Shown: positions 49,850 to 62,563 of the stretch, in pieces
How the letters are laid out: each line of letters opens with the position of its first letter
How positions within the stretch are numbered: position 1 is the first letter of the stretch
Source of the DNA: Squalus acanthias
Lineage: Eukaryota
Length of the DNA: 64,000 bases
Direction of reading: 5' to 3'
Assembly (NCBI GenBank): GCA_030390025.1
Contig: JASTWF010000070.1
Span: 1,178,001-1,242,000, forward strand
Program-made: the position numbers and the translations under genes
The notes under the pieces: generated by a model
What the model saw: the letters and a program-made list of their open reading frames with translations, nothing else
What the model was told of the DNA's origin: nothing
Databases searched by the model: none

Positions 49850-50749
49850 CTGAGAAGGAGACAAAAAATATTAACAACAGGTTATGGGCCCGAAGCCAAC
49901 CTCCGGCGGGCCTACCTTGATACCGACTAATCAAAAAAATCCATCTTCAGGCGCTTGTCGGCTTCAAAGTTGCGCTGTTGTTATTGGTTGAAATTTCCAC
50001 TTTGCTGAATATCTTAGTTGCTTTTTTAAAGTTAAAGTTGAATGTGAAATTACACATTGAATCTTACAGCACAGAAGGAGGCCATGCGGCCCATCGTGCT
50101 AGTGCCGGCTCTTTGAAAGTGTTCTCCAATTAGTCCCATTCCCCCCTGCTCTTTCCCCATAGCCCTGCAACTTCTTTTTTCCTTTTCAAGTATTTATCCA
50201 ATTCCCTTTTGAAAGTTACTATTGAATCTGCTTCCACCGCCCTTTCAGGCAGCGCATTACAGATCACAACAACTCACTGTGTAATCCACTTCTCATTATT
50301 GATTCTGTCAAAACACTTCTCCTCATTGACTCTATCCAAAACTTTCCCCGCTCTCTTAAAACATCGAAGGATATCTCACCTTGGAAGAGATGGCACAGCG
50401 TGCAGAGGCCGAAGAAGCTCATTGCCGGTGACCCAATCGGTTAAACTCTGGGCCACGGACCGGCAGCTCGCTGAGAAATGGCTCTCGGTAGATCGGTGCG
50501 AGGGAGGTGTGAAATGCAGAGCGAATTGCGGAAATCATGCGCTGTGTTTATTAATAAATGTACGATTGGACTGGAAAGCGGTGCCGAGGCAGAAAGCTTT
50601 CTGCGGGTTTCCTGTTTATACATGTCAAGTGCTCACACACAGACACACAAACGCAGACAGCATCTGTTTTGCAAAAAGCCCCTCGTTTCAACTCATATTA
50701 GTTAGACCACATTTGCAGCACTGTGCATAGTTCTGCTCTCCGTATTGTA

Positions 50750-51810
50750 AGAACATAAGTACATAAGAAATAGGAGCAGGAGTTGGCCATTCGGCCCCTC
50801 GAGCCTGCTCCGCCATTCAATAAGATCATGGCTGATCTTCTACCTCATCTTCACTTTCCTGCACTATCCCCATATCCCTTAATTCCCTTAATATTCAAAA
50901 ATCTATCGCTCTCTGTCTTGAATATACTCAACGACTGATCCTCCACAACCCTCTGGGGTAGAGAATTCGAAAGATTTACCACCCTCTGAGTGAAGAAATG
51001 TCTACTCATTTCAGTCCTAAATGGCCGACCCCTTATTCTGAGACTGTGACCCCTGGTTCTAGACTCCCCAGCAAGGGGAAATATCCTCCCTGCTTCTACC
51101 CTGTCAAGTCCTGTAAGAATTCTGCATGTTTCAATGAGATCACCTCTCATTCTTGTAATCTCTAGAGAATATAGGCCTAGTCTAATCAATGTTTCCTCAT
51201 AGGACAATCCCCCATCCCAGGAATCAGTCTGGTGAACCTTCATTGCACACCCTCTATGGCAAGTATATCCTTCCTTAGGTAAGGAGACCAAAACTGTACA
51301 CAATACTCCAGGTGTGGTCTCACCAGGGCCCTATATATTTGGAGTAAGGCTTCTTTACTCTTATACTCAAATCCTCTTGTAATAAAGGCCAATATACCAT
51401 TTGCTTTCCTCATTGCTTGCTGTACCTGCATGTTAACTTTCAGCGATTTGTGTACAATGACACCCAGGTCACTCTGATCATCAATTTTTCCCAATCTCTC
51501 ACCATTTAAAAAATACGATGCTTTTCTAGTTTTCCTACCAAAGTGGATAACTTCACATTTCTCCACATTATATTCCATTTGCCATGTTCTTGCCCACTCA
51601 CTTAGCCTGTCTATATCCCCTTGAAGACTCTTTGTATCCTCCTCACAACTTACATTTCCACCCAGCTTTGTATCATCAACAAACTTGGATATATTGCATT
51701 TGGTCCCCTCGTCCAAATCATTGTTGTAGATTGTGAATAGCTGAGGCCCAAGCACTGATCCTTGTGGTACCCCACTAGTTGCAGCCTGCCAACCCTAAAA
51801 TGACCCGTTT
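50750..51810 (-). mobile_element. CR1 LINE RT/3' fragment
   Basis: ORFs 51240..51755 and 50851..51303. Confidence 0.9.
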
Positions 51811-54229
51811 TATTATAAAAAGGATATAGAGGCCCTGGAGAAGGTGCAAATAAGATTCACAAGGATAATACTGGAACTGAGAGTTTATAACTATCAGGAA
51901 AGATTGAACAGGCTGGAACTTTTTTCTCTAGCAAAGTGAAGGCTGAGGGGTGACCTGATAGAGGTCTTTAAGATTATGAAGTGGTTCAATAGGGCAAAAG
52001 TGGAGAAGATATTTCCTCTTGTGGGGGAGACCGAAACTAAAGGTCCTAAATATAAGATAGTCACTAATAAATCCAATAGGGAATTCAGGAGAAACTTCTT
52101 TACCAAAGAGAGTTGAGAATGTGGAACTCGCTACCACAGAGAGTGGTTGAGGCGAAGACACAGATGCATTTAAGGGCAAGTTAGATAAATACATGAGGGA
52201 GAAAGGGAAAGAAGTATATGGAGATAGAGTGAGCTGAAGTAGGATGGGTGGCGGCTCGTGAGGAGCATAAACACCGACACGGACCAGTTGGGCCAAATTA
52301 CCTGTTTCTCTGCTGTGAGCTCTATATATTAATACCCAAATGAAAGGCTACACACAGTTCTAAGCTTTCAAGGTGTCGGGGTTAGGGCAGCCTCTTTGCT
52401 TTGTGCAGTGTCCATGATACTGTTCTGAATGTGAAACTGAGCCCTTAGGCAGGTGGCAGAGTAAGGGGAGCACCAGATCTCCCTTCTTTAATGGCTGGCA
52501 AACTGGGCATGTTTGTCATGATTGGATGTAACGATGGACGCCCTGTTTAACGAAAGAAAGACTTGCACTGATACAGCGCCTTTCATGACCCCAGGACGTC
52601 TCAAAACTCTTTACAGCCAATGAAGTACCGTCTGCCTTATAGCCACTGTTGTAATGAAGGGAACGTGGCAGCCAATTTGAGCACAGCAAGCTCCCACAAG
52701 CAGTAATTTGTTAATGACCAGCGATCCTGTAATTTAGTGATGTTGGTTGAGGGATAAATATTAGCCTCAGGACACCGGGGAGAACTTCCGTGCTCTTCTT
52801 CGAAATAGTGGCATGTGATTATTTACGCGAGAGGGCAGACGGGGCCTCGGTTTAACGTCTCATCCAAAAGACTGCACCTTCGACAGTGCAGCGCTCTCTC
52901 AGTACTGCACCGGGGGTCTCAACCTAGATTATGTGCTGAAGTCTCTGGAGTGGGACATGAACCCACGACCTACTGATAGAGACCAGAATGCTACAAACTG
53001 AGCCTCAGCTGCCCCTGTTTAGCTCTCCAGGTGCCCTCACCACAAGAGGGCAGACCATCGTGTCAGGCAAGAGGTGGCAGCCAATTTCAGTGCCATGTAC
53101 AATAGATGCAGGATCTGGGAGCAGGAGGAATATTTGACGGAAGCTGCCATGATGAGACTATGCTAACATGTCGTTGTAATTTATAATTCCAAGTAGGACT
53201 CAGGCAATGAGACTGGGATCATTAGCAGTTTAATAGTACTTCAGCGACAAAGAGTTTCCAAACATGGGCCTACATACTAACAAAGAGGCTTCCCATCGGG
53301 GCACCAAGAGATGATCATACCATGCACTTAGCCACGATGCTCTGTCAAAAACCTCCTTGCATATAGCTCTTCATGGAATAGGAATCTCACAGCCCCTCAG
53401 GCACCCCACATTTATGATTGGTGCAGAATTTTTTTTATTCATTCGTGGGATGTGCGCATCACTGGAAAAGTCAGCATTTATTGGCCATCCCTAATTGTAT
53501 TTGATACGATGGTGGTGAGCCGCCTTTTTGAACCACTGCTGTCCACGTGGTTTGGTACAACTGAGTGGCTTGCTAGGCCATTTCAGAGGTCAGTTAAGGA
53601 GTAAGATATAGGCCAGACCGGGTAAGGGCAGCAGATTTCCTTCCCTAAAGGACATTAGTGTACCAGATGGGTTTTTACGACAATCCGGTAGTTTCGTTGT
53701 CATCATTATTGAACCGTTTAATGCCTTGATTCCTCATTGATCATTACTTGTTGGTCTCTTGGTGTTACAAAAAACTTACATGGTCGGTGCTAATACCTAG
53801 TCTACGAGGGCCTTCTCTCGGTGACTTTATTTGCTGTGTCCAAATGAGACCCAGCAGACAGCAGCTTCACACAACACACGGGGCCTCGGGGGAGAAGAAT
53901 TAAGTTCTTGACTTTCTAGTTGCGTCCGATTACCACGGGGTGGCGCTGCTTCTTGTTCCTCAGGATGTAACTTCCAATGTGATTAAAGGGATCTAAGTGG
54001 AAACAGAAACATTCAGCAGGTCAGGCATCTTTGGAGAGAGAAATAGAGTTAACGATTCAGGCCAATCACCTTTCATCAGAACTGTGATCCATTATTGTCT
54101 AACGGTACTCACAGCGGTCTGCACAGAGCGGGAACAAAATGGAGTGTACTTAAACAGAGTGTTTTATTTGGGAATTTGGAAAGAGTGGGAATTCGGAGAA
54201 GAGGGGGAAGGAGTTGCTGCTTTCTGCCT

Positions 54230-56400
54230 ACTCGACTTGTAGTGCTTTGTGTAACAGGTAAATATTTAATTTCAGTACCCATAACTTAATCTAGATCAAG
54301 TAAGTTGTCAAGAAACTACACTGTGAACTAAGTTACCGAATTACATATGTAATTAAATTTAATTAATTAAAACAAGGTCATATAGGGATGGCAGTGCAGG
54401 TGGTGTGCCGCAACTGCAGCATCTGGAAGTTTGTGGAGAGTATTGGGATCCCGGACAATCACGTTTGCAGTAAGTGCCTGCATGTTGAGGAAAGTCAGCA
54501 CAGAGCTTTTTGAGCTGGAGTCTGAGGTTCAGACAATGCGGGGCATCAGGGATGGGGAGAGTTACCTGGACACTTTGATCCAGGAGGCAGTCGCAACCCT
54601 TAGGATAGGTAGTGGTACAGGGCTGGTTGGTGGTCAGGGACAGGAGGGTCTGACTGCAACTCAGGCAGGTAAGTGGACCCCAGGTGCAGTGCTGGAGGAG
54701 CCTCAGCCTTTGCCCTTCTCCAACAGGTATGAGGTTCTTGCTGCCTGTGTGGATGAGGGAAAAGTCTGCAGGTTGGATGAGCAAGCTGAACATGGCACCA
54801 TGGTGCAGGGGGCCTGTCGAGTCGGGGGGAGTGAAAGGGAATGTAGTTGTGGTAGGGGACAATATAGTCAGAGGGATAAAAACTGTTCTCTGCAGCAGCG
54901 ACCGAGGGTTCTGCACTTTGCAGGGTTAAAGACATCTCCTCGTGGCCGGAGGAGAACTTGGAGTGGGAGGGAGAAGATCCAGTTGTCGCGGTCCAAATAG
55001 GAAGCACAGGCATAGGTAGAACGAGCAATGAGGTTCTGCTGAGGGTATTTGAGGAGCTAGGATCCAAATAAAAAAGCAGAACCTCAAAGGTAATAATCTC
55101 TGGATTGTTACCTGAGCCACGTGTAAATTGGCATAGGGACAAACAGATCAGAGGTTTAAAAGCGTGGCTCAAAGAGTGGTGTGGGAGGAAGGAGTTTCAG
55201 TTCATGGGGCACTGGCAGCTGTACTGGGGAAAGACGGAGCTGTTCCGTTGGGACGGGCTCCACTTAAACCAGGCTGGGACATGGCGAACCGAATAAGTAG
55301 GGCATTAGACAGGGATTTAAAATAATGAAGGGGTGGGGGATGGGCGGTTTCAGGAAAGAGTAAATTTAAAAGCAGCGAGAGAAATGTCAAGGCTCTGGAG
55401 CAGAGTAGAGTTTTGTTTAAAAATAAGCAGAGTGGGTCAGCAAGGGAGAAAGAGAGTAACAAAGGTAATAAGGCATCACTGACTAAGGTGACATCAGGGA
55501 AAATAGAAATAAGTCAAATCTAATGGCACCATATCTGAATGAGTGAAGCATTCACGACAAAATAGATGAATTAATAGCGCAGATAGAAATTACTAAGTTT
55601 GATCTAATAGCCATTAAGGAGGCATGCTTCCAATGTGGCCAAGGTTGGGAACTAAATATTCCAAGATACTTAACTTTTAGAAGAGATAGGCAAAATGGAA
55701 AAGGAGGAGGGGTAGCCTTGATCATAAAGGATGGGATAAAGACAGTAGAGAGAAAGGATCTTAGCTCCGAAAATCAACAAGTAGAATCAGGTTGGGTGGA
55801 GCTAAGAAACAACAAGGATCAGAAACCATTGGTGGGAGTTGTTTATAGGCCCCCAAACAGTAGCTGTAATGTAGGGCAAAGTATAAATCAGGAAATTAGA
55901 GTTGCATGTAACAAGGGTAATACAGTAATCATGGGGGACTTTCATCTAACTATAGATTGGGCAAACCAAATTTGCCGTAATAGTGTGGAGGAAGATTTTA
56001 TGGAATGTATGCAAGATAGTTTTCTAGATCAGTATGTTGAGGACCCAACGAGGGAACAGGCTATTTTAGATCTATTGTTGTACAATTAGAAAGTCTTAAT
56101 TAATAACCTTGTAGAAAAGGGGCCTTTAGGGAAGAGTGACCATAATATGAGAGAAATTTATATTGAGGTTGAAAGTGATTTAGTTAAATCCGAAACTAGG
56201 GTCTTAATTCTAAACAAAGCAAACTATGTAGGTATGTGGAGCGAGTTGGCTAAGGTAGATTGGGAAAATATATTGAAAGATATGACGGTAGAGAAGCAAT
56301 GGCTATCATTTAAAAAATTAATACATGAATTTACAACAAATATATATTCCTTTAAGGCACAAAACCCCCACAGGAAATGTGGTCCAACTGTGGCTAACAA
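54230..56400 (+). mobile_element. Degenerate CR1 5' portion: ORF1 (Zn-finger/leucine zipper and SGNH esterase) plus the APE endonuclease start of ORF2
   Basis: CRNC...CSKC, VVVGDNIVRG, DGLHLN, VGVVYRPPNS and IMGDFH motifs, with many frameshifts. Confidence 0.85.
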
Positions 56401-56404
56401 GAGA

Positions 56405-57490
56405 AGAGGCGGAGAGGTTTAGGGAGGGAATTCCAGAGCTTAGGGCTCAGGAAAATGAAGGCACGGTCGCCAATGGTTGAGCGATTATAATCAGGGATGC
56501 TCAAGAGGGCAAAATTAGAGGAGCACAGAGATCTCGGCGGGTTGTGGGGCTGGAGGAGATTACACATAAAGGGAGGGGTGAGGCTATGGAGGGATTTGAT
56601 AACAAGAATGAGAATTTTGAAATCGAGGCATTGCTTAACCGGGAGCCAAGGTCAGCGTGCACAGGGATGATGGGCGAATGGGAATTGGTGCGAGTTAGTA
56701 CACGGGCAGCCGAGTTTTGGATGGCCTCAAGGTTATGTAGGGTAGAAGGTGGGAGGCCGCCCAGGAGCGCATTGGAATAGTCCAGTCTAGAGGTAACAAA
56801 GGCATGGATGAAGCTTTCAGCAATGGATGTTCTGAGGCAAGGGCAGAGAAGGATGATGTTACGGATATGGAAATAGACGGTCTTAGTTATGCCACGGATA
56901 TGTGGCTGCAAACTTGTTTCAGGGTCAAATATGACACCAAGGTTGCAACCAGTGTGGTTCAGCCTCAAACAGATGCTAGGGAGAGGGATGGAGTCAGTGG
57001 CTTGGTAATGGAATTTGTGGCTGGGACCGAAGCAGTATCTTCGCTCTTCACAATATTTAATTGGAGAATATTTCTGCTCATCCAGAACTGGATGTCAGGA
57101 CAAGCAGTCTGACAACTTAGAGACTGTGGAGGGGTAAAGAGAAGTGGTGGTGAGGTAGAGCTGGGTGTCGCCAGCGTGCATGTGGAAACTAACGCTGTGT
57201 TTTCGGATGATGTCGCCAAGGGGCAGCATGTGGATAAGAAATAGGAGGGGGCCTAGGATAGATGCTTGGGGGGCAGCAGAGGTAACGATGCAGGAGCAGG
57301 AAGAGAAGCCATTGCAGTTGATTCCCTCGCAATGATTAGTTAGATAAGAATGGAACCAGGTGAGTGCATTCCTACCCAGCTGGACGGCGGTGGAGAGTCG
57401 TTGGAGGATGATGGAGTGGTTAATCGTGTCAAAGGTTGCAGACAAGTCAAGAAGGACGAGGATGGATAGTTTACCTTTGTCACAGTCAGC
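56405..57490 (-). mobile_element. L2/CR1-clade LINE fragment
   Basis: SATFDTINHSI, PQASILGPLLF, AGDTQLY and TSRLDYSNALL motifs. Confidence 0.85.
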
Positions 57491-58396
57491 TACTGAAGAT
57501 TAAGGTTTGGAAACCAAACAGCCACGTGACGTGTAGTATCAGTATAATCCTTATCCTTCAGTTTAATATAGGCTGGTGGTCTCAAGAGATAGAGAAAGTA
57601 ATAATCTTTATTGATCAATATACTTCTAGAAACTTAGCACATTCAGTGCCATGAGAATGACCACAACTGGACTCACCACCACAGCTATTTAATTATGCAA
57701 GGTAAGCGTGGTGTCATTACGTCAGAACGTTCCTAGTATGTGCGATTATTACGTAAGCACGCAGGGTTAAAATGCAAGAGCGTTCGTCGTCACGCAGGCT
57801 ACTCTCCCCCCTCCCACCTCCCCCACTTCACCCACCCCCATCCCTTGCACATGCTCATTGGCGACACTCTCTGTCCAGTGTTCTCTGGACATTTCACATG
57901 CATGATTAACCATATTCAGAATCCTCACTTGCTGAACTTGGAGCACAGGAACAGGAGTAGATCCACAGTGGATTACCTCACACGTCCCCACATTGAGCGA
58001 CATCTGTCAGATTTCAGTCCACTCACAACCTGTATATCTCCGCTTGTAAAGTCCTGCTCCCATCCACACAAGTTACTGTGCCTTCTTACATTACGCCTCC
58101 TGAAAACTTGGATATATATCTCTCTATTCCTTCATCCAAGTCATTAATAAATATGGTGGAAAGATTGAGGCCCCAGAATGGATGCCTGGGGAACACCACT
58201 TGTAACATCCTGCCAATCTGAGTACCTCCTCTTTAACCCCAATATCTGTCTCCTACCTCCCAACTAATTTCCAACCCAAATCAAAAGGCTACCCCCAATT
58301 CCATGCACAATCATTTTTGCCCATAATCTGTTGTATGGAACTTTATTGAATGCCTTGTGGGGGTCCATATAGGTAACATCCATAGACACTTCTTTC

Positions 58397-61098
58397 TGGT
58401 TAAAAAGGAGATTAATGCAATAGCTAGGAAGGACATTAGCTTGGAGGATGTGGAATCAATATGGGTTGAGCTGCAGAACACCAAAGGGCAGAAAACGTTA
58501 GTGGGGGTTGTGTACAGACCTCCAAATAGTAGTATTGAGGTGGGGGAGGGTATGAAACAGGAAATCAGAGGTGCATGCAAAAAAGGCGCAGCAGTTATCA
58601 TGGGTGACTTTAATATGCATATAGATTGGGCTACTCAAACTGGAAGCAATACGGTGGAGGAGGATTTCCTGGATTGTTTAAGGGATGGTTTCCTAAACCA
58701 ATATTTTGAGGAACCAACTAGAGGGGAGGACATCCTGGACTGGCTGTTGTGTAATGAGGAAGGACTAATCAGCAATCTTGTTGTGCGAGGCCCCTTGGGG
58801 AAGAGTGACCATAGTATGGTGGAGTTCTACATTAGGATGGAGAAGGAAACAGGTAATTCAGAGACCATGGTCCAGAACTTAAATAAGGGCAACTTTGAGG
58901 GTATGAGGCGTGAATTGGCGAGGTTAGATTGGCAAGCGATATTTAACGGGTTATCAGTGGAAGGGCAATGGCGGACATTTAGAGATCGCATGGATGAACT
59001 ACAGCAATTGTACATCCCTGTCTGGCGCAAAAAATAAAAAAGGGAAGGTGGCTCAACCATGGCTAACAAGGGAAATCAGGGATAGTATTAAAAGCAAGGA
59101 AGTGGCATACAAATTGGCCAGAAGTAGCAGCAAACCCGGGGACTGGGAGAACTTTAAAACTCAGCAGAGGAGGACGAAGGGTTTGATTAGGGCAGGGAAA
59201 ATAAAATATGAAAGGAAGCTTGCGGAGAACATTAAAACGGACTGCAAAAGCTTCTATAAATATGTAAAAAGAAAGAGGTTAGTAAAAACAAACGTAGGTC
59301 CCCTGCAGTCAGAAACAGGGGAAGTCATAATGGGGAACAAAGAAATGGCAGATCAATTGAACAAGTACTTTGGTTCGGTGTTTACTGTGGAGGACACAAA
59401 CAACCTTCCGGAAATAAAAGAGATCAAAGGATCTGGTAAGAGGGAGGAGCTGAGGGAAATCCTTATCAGTCGGGAAAAGGTGTTGGGGAAATTGATGGAA
59501 CTGAAGGCTGATAAATCCCCAGGGCCTGATGGTCTGCATCCCAGAGTACTTAAGGAGGTGGCCTTGGAAATAGTGGATGCATTGACGATCATTTTCCAAC
59601 ATTCCTTAGACTCTGGATCAGTTCCGATGGAGTGGAGGGTGGCCAATGTAACCCCTCTTTTTAAAAAAGGAGGGAGGGAGAAAGCAGGGAATTATAGACC
59701 GGTCAGCCTGACATCGGTGGTGGGTAAAATGATGGAATCAATTATTAAAGATGTCATAACAGACCATTTGGAAAGTGGCGACATGATAGGTCCAAGTCAG
59801 CATGGATTTGTGAAAGGGAAATCATGCTTGACAAATCTTCTGGAATTTTTTGAGGATGTTTCCAATAGGGTGGACGGGGGGGAACCAGTAGATGTGGTGT
59901 ATTTGGACTTTCAGAAGGCCTTCGACAAGGTCCCACACAAGAGATTGGTGTGCAAAGTTAAAGCACATGGGATTGGGGGTAATGTGTTGACGTGGATTGA
60001 GAACTGGTTGGCACACAGGAAACAAAGAGTAGGAGTAAATGGGTACTTTTCAGAATGGCAGGCAGTGACCAGCGGGGTACCGCAGGGTTCGGTGCTGGGG
60101 CCCCAACTGTTTACATTATATATTAATGATTTGGACGAAGGGATTAATTGTAATATCTCCAAATTTGCGGATGACACTAAATTGGAAGGCAGTGTGAACA
60201 ATGAGGAGGATGCGAGGAGGCTACAGAGTGACTTGGACAGGTTGGGTGAATGGGCAAATGTATGGCAGATGAAGTACAATGTGGATAAATGTGAGGTTAT
60301 CCACTTTGGTGGTAAAAATTTGGAGGCAGACTATTACCTGAATGGTGGCAGATTAGGGAAAGGGGAGGTGCAACGAGACCTGGGCGTCATGGTACATCAG
60401 TCACTGAAGGTGGGAAGGCAAGTGCAGCAGGCAGTCAAGAAAGCAAATGGCATGATGGCCTTCATAGCAAGGGGATTTGAGTACAGGAGTAGGGAGGTGA
60501 TGCTACAGTTGTACAGGGCCTTGGTGAGGCCACACCTGGAGTATTGTGTGCAGTTTTGGTCTCCTATCTTGCGGAAGGAGATTCTTGCTTTTGAGGGAGT
60601 GCAACGAAGGTTCACTAGATTGATTCCTGGGATGGCCAGACTGACATATCAAGAAAGATTGGATCAACTGAACTTGTATCCTCTGGAGTTCAGAAGAATG
60701 AGGGGGGATCTTATAGAGACGTTTAAAATCCTGACTGGTTTAGACAAATTAGATGCGGGCAGAATGTTTCCAATGTTAGGGAAAACTAAAACCAGGGGTC
60801 ACAGTCTAAGGATAAAGGGGAAGCCATTTAAGACTGAGATGAGGAGGAACTTCTTCACCCAGAGAGTGGTGAATCTGTGGAATTCTCTACCACAGAAGGT
60901 TGTTGAGGCCAGTTCGCTAAATATATTCAAAAGGGAGTTAGATATAATACTCACAACTAGGGGGATCAAGGGGTATGGCGAGAAAGCAGGAATGGGGTAC
61001 TGAGGTAGCATGTTCAGCCATGAACGCATTAAATGGCGGTGCAGGCTCGAAGGACCGAACGGTCTACTCCTGCACCTATTTTCTATGTTTCTATGTTT
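58397..61098 (+). mobile_element. Young 5'-truncated CR1 LINE (APE part, RT and 3' UTR); ORF2 broken only by +1 A near 59030
   Basis: ORFs 58357..59037 and 58994..61003 with (CTATGTTT)n tail. The empty site is preserved in the paralog at ~4112. Confidence 0.95.
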
Positions 61099-62234
61099 TC
61101 TATCTGATTAGTGACCTAATTAAGATAATCAACTAGATTAGTCAGACATGAGTTAACCTTGAACAAAGCCATGCTGGCCGCTCTGATCAGGCCATATTTG
61201 CTTAAGTGATCAGTTAATCTATCCTTAATGACAGATTCTATTAAATACCCCACAACTGACGTTAAACTGACAGGCCGGTAGTGACTTGGCTTCTCTCTCC
61301 CACTCTACTTAAATAATCCAGTATCTGGAGCACTGTGTAGAGGTTCTGCGCACCGCATCTCAGAAAGGATATACTGGAGAGAGTTCAGCGCAGATTCACC
61401 AGAATGTTACCAGGGATCCAAGGGTTAAATTATGAAAAGTGATTACATAAACTAGGCTTGGATTCCCTGGAATAAAGAATATTAAGGGGTGATTTGATTG
61501 AGGTTTTTAGGATTTTGAAAGGAATTAACAGGGTAGACAAAGCGAAACTACTCCTCTGGTGGGGTCGTCCAGAACAACGGCGCAAAACCTTAAAATTAAG
61601 AAATCCAATCGGAAATTCAGGAGAAACCTTTTATACCCAGAGAGTGGTGAGAATGTGGAACTCGCTAGCAAATGGAATAGTTGAGGCGAATAGCAGAGAA
61701 GTATTTAAGGGGAAGCTCGATAAGTACATGAGGTAGAAAGGAATAGAAGGATATGTTGATGGAGTGAGATGAATAGGGGTGGGAAGAGGCTCGTGTGGAG
61801 CATAAACACCGGCACAGACTGATTGGTCTGAATGGCCTGTTTGTGCTGTACATTCTATGTAATCCACTCAATGTCCCTTTAAGTGCTGAGTAAAGACGAA
61901 CCACTTTAAGCTCGTGGCAGCATTTCATGTTTATTAAGAGCTGTGTTACACAAGTTCCCAATCACAATATGATCACAGACTAAAGGGAAATCTGGCCCTT
62001 ATCTACACACAGCGAAAGTTTACACACAAGATATTGGGGACATTTGTACAGAAAGTTCCATCTCACAATCATTTCGCTCTCTTCTGATATTATTAAACAT
62101 TCAGATTGTTTGCCAACAACTAAAATTGCTACTGCGATTACATTGCAAGAAAGGTTGATTGCACACATCGAATGATCTGTTGCATTACATTAAACACTAG
62201 CAAAAATCAAACTTCACTGTCAACTTGCACCGCC

Positions 62235-62563
62235 TCAATCGGAACACGAGGAGGCGCTGATGGTCTTGAGAAGAGGCGTGCTCAGGGATCCGTGGCTGAC
62301 GCTGCAGGAATAGCTGGAACCCTTGTTCCAGGCGGCGGCGGGGACTCTCAGGTAACTGCTCAGGCTGTAGGTTAGATCGCTGTCCGGGGACACGGCGCCT
62401 GTCGTCACCCCGCTGTCTGTCTCTTGGCCATCCACACTCCAGCGGAGCCGCACAAAGCCCGGCTTAAAGCGACTCAACAGGCAGGACAGAGTGGCCGATC
62501 CCGAGCCGATTTCTTCCGAGGATGGAGGGAGGAGAAGAACCGAGGGGCTTCGATCCTCGCTGC
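62235..62563 (-). CDS. Ig light chain constant exon, sigma-cart class, cluster 2
   Basis: Same 329-nt exon and acceptor as cluster 1, open frame, few substitutions (CLLSRFKPGFV, SDLTY, LSTP). Confidence 0.93.

Larger units (their letters stand above)
40910..50422 (-). pseudogene. Gene C: non-rearranging antigen-receptor-like IgSF gene (paralog of B) with stops in J and the tail
   Basis: Exons: L 50422-50380 (MSFFGLCTLCHLFQ), VJ 49849-49514 (TGA at 49539-49541 in F*NG), C1 49411-49112, TM 47210-47094, Cyt 46983-46925 (in-frame TAA), terminal 40957-40910 (IL*ARLAFGADYTSS*). Confidence 0.85.
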
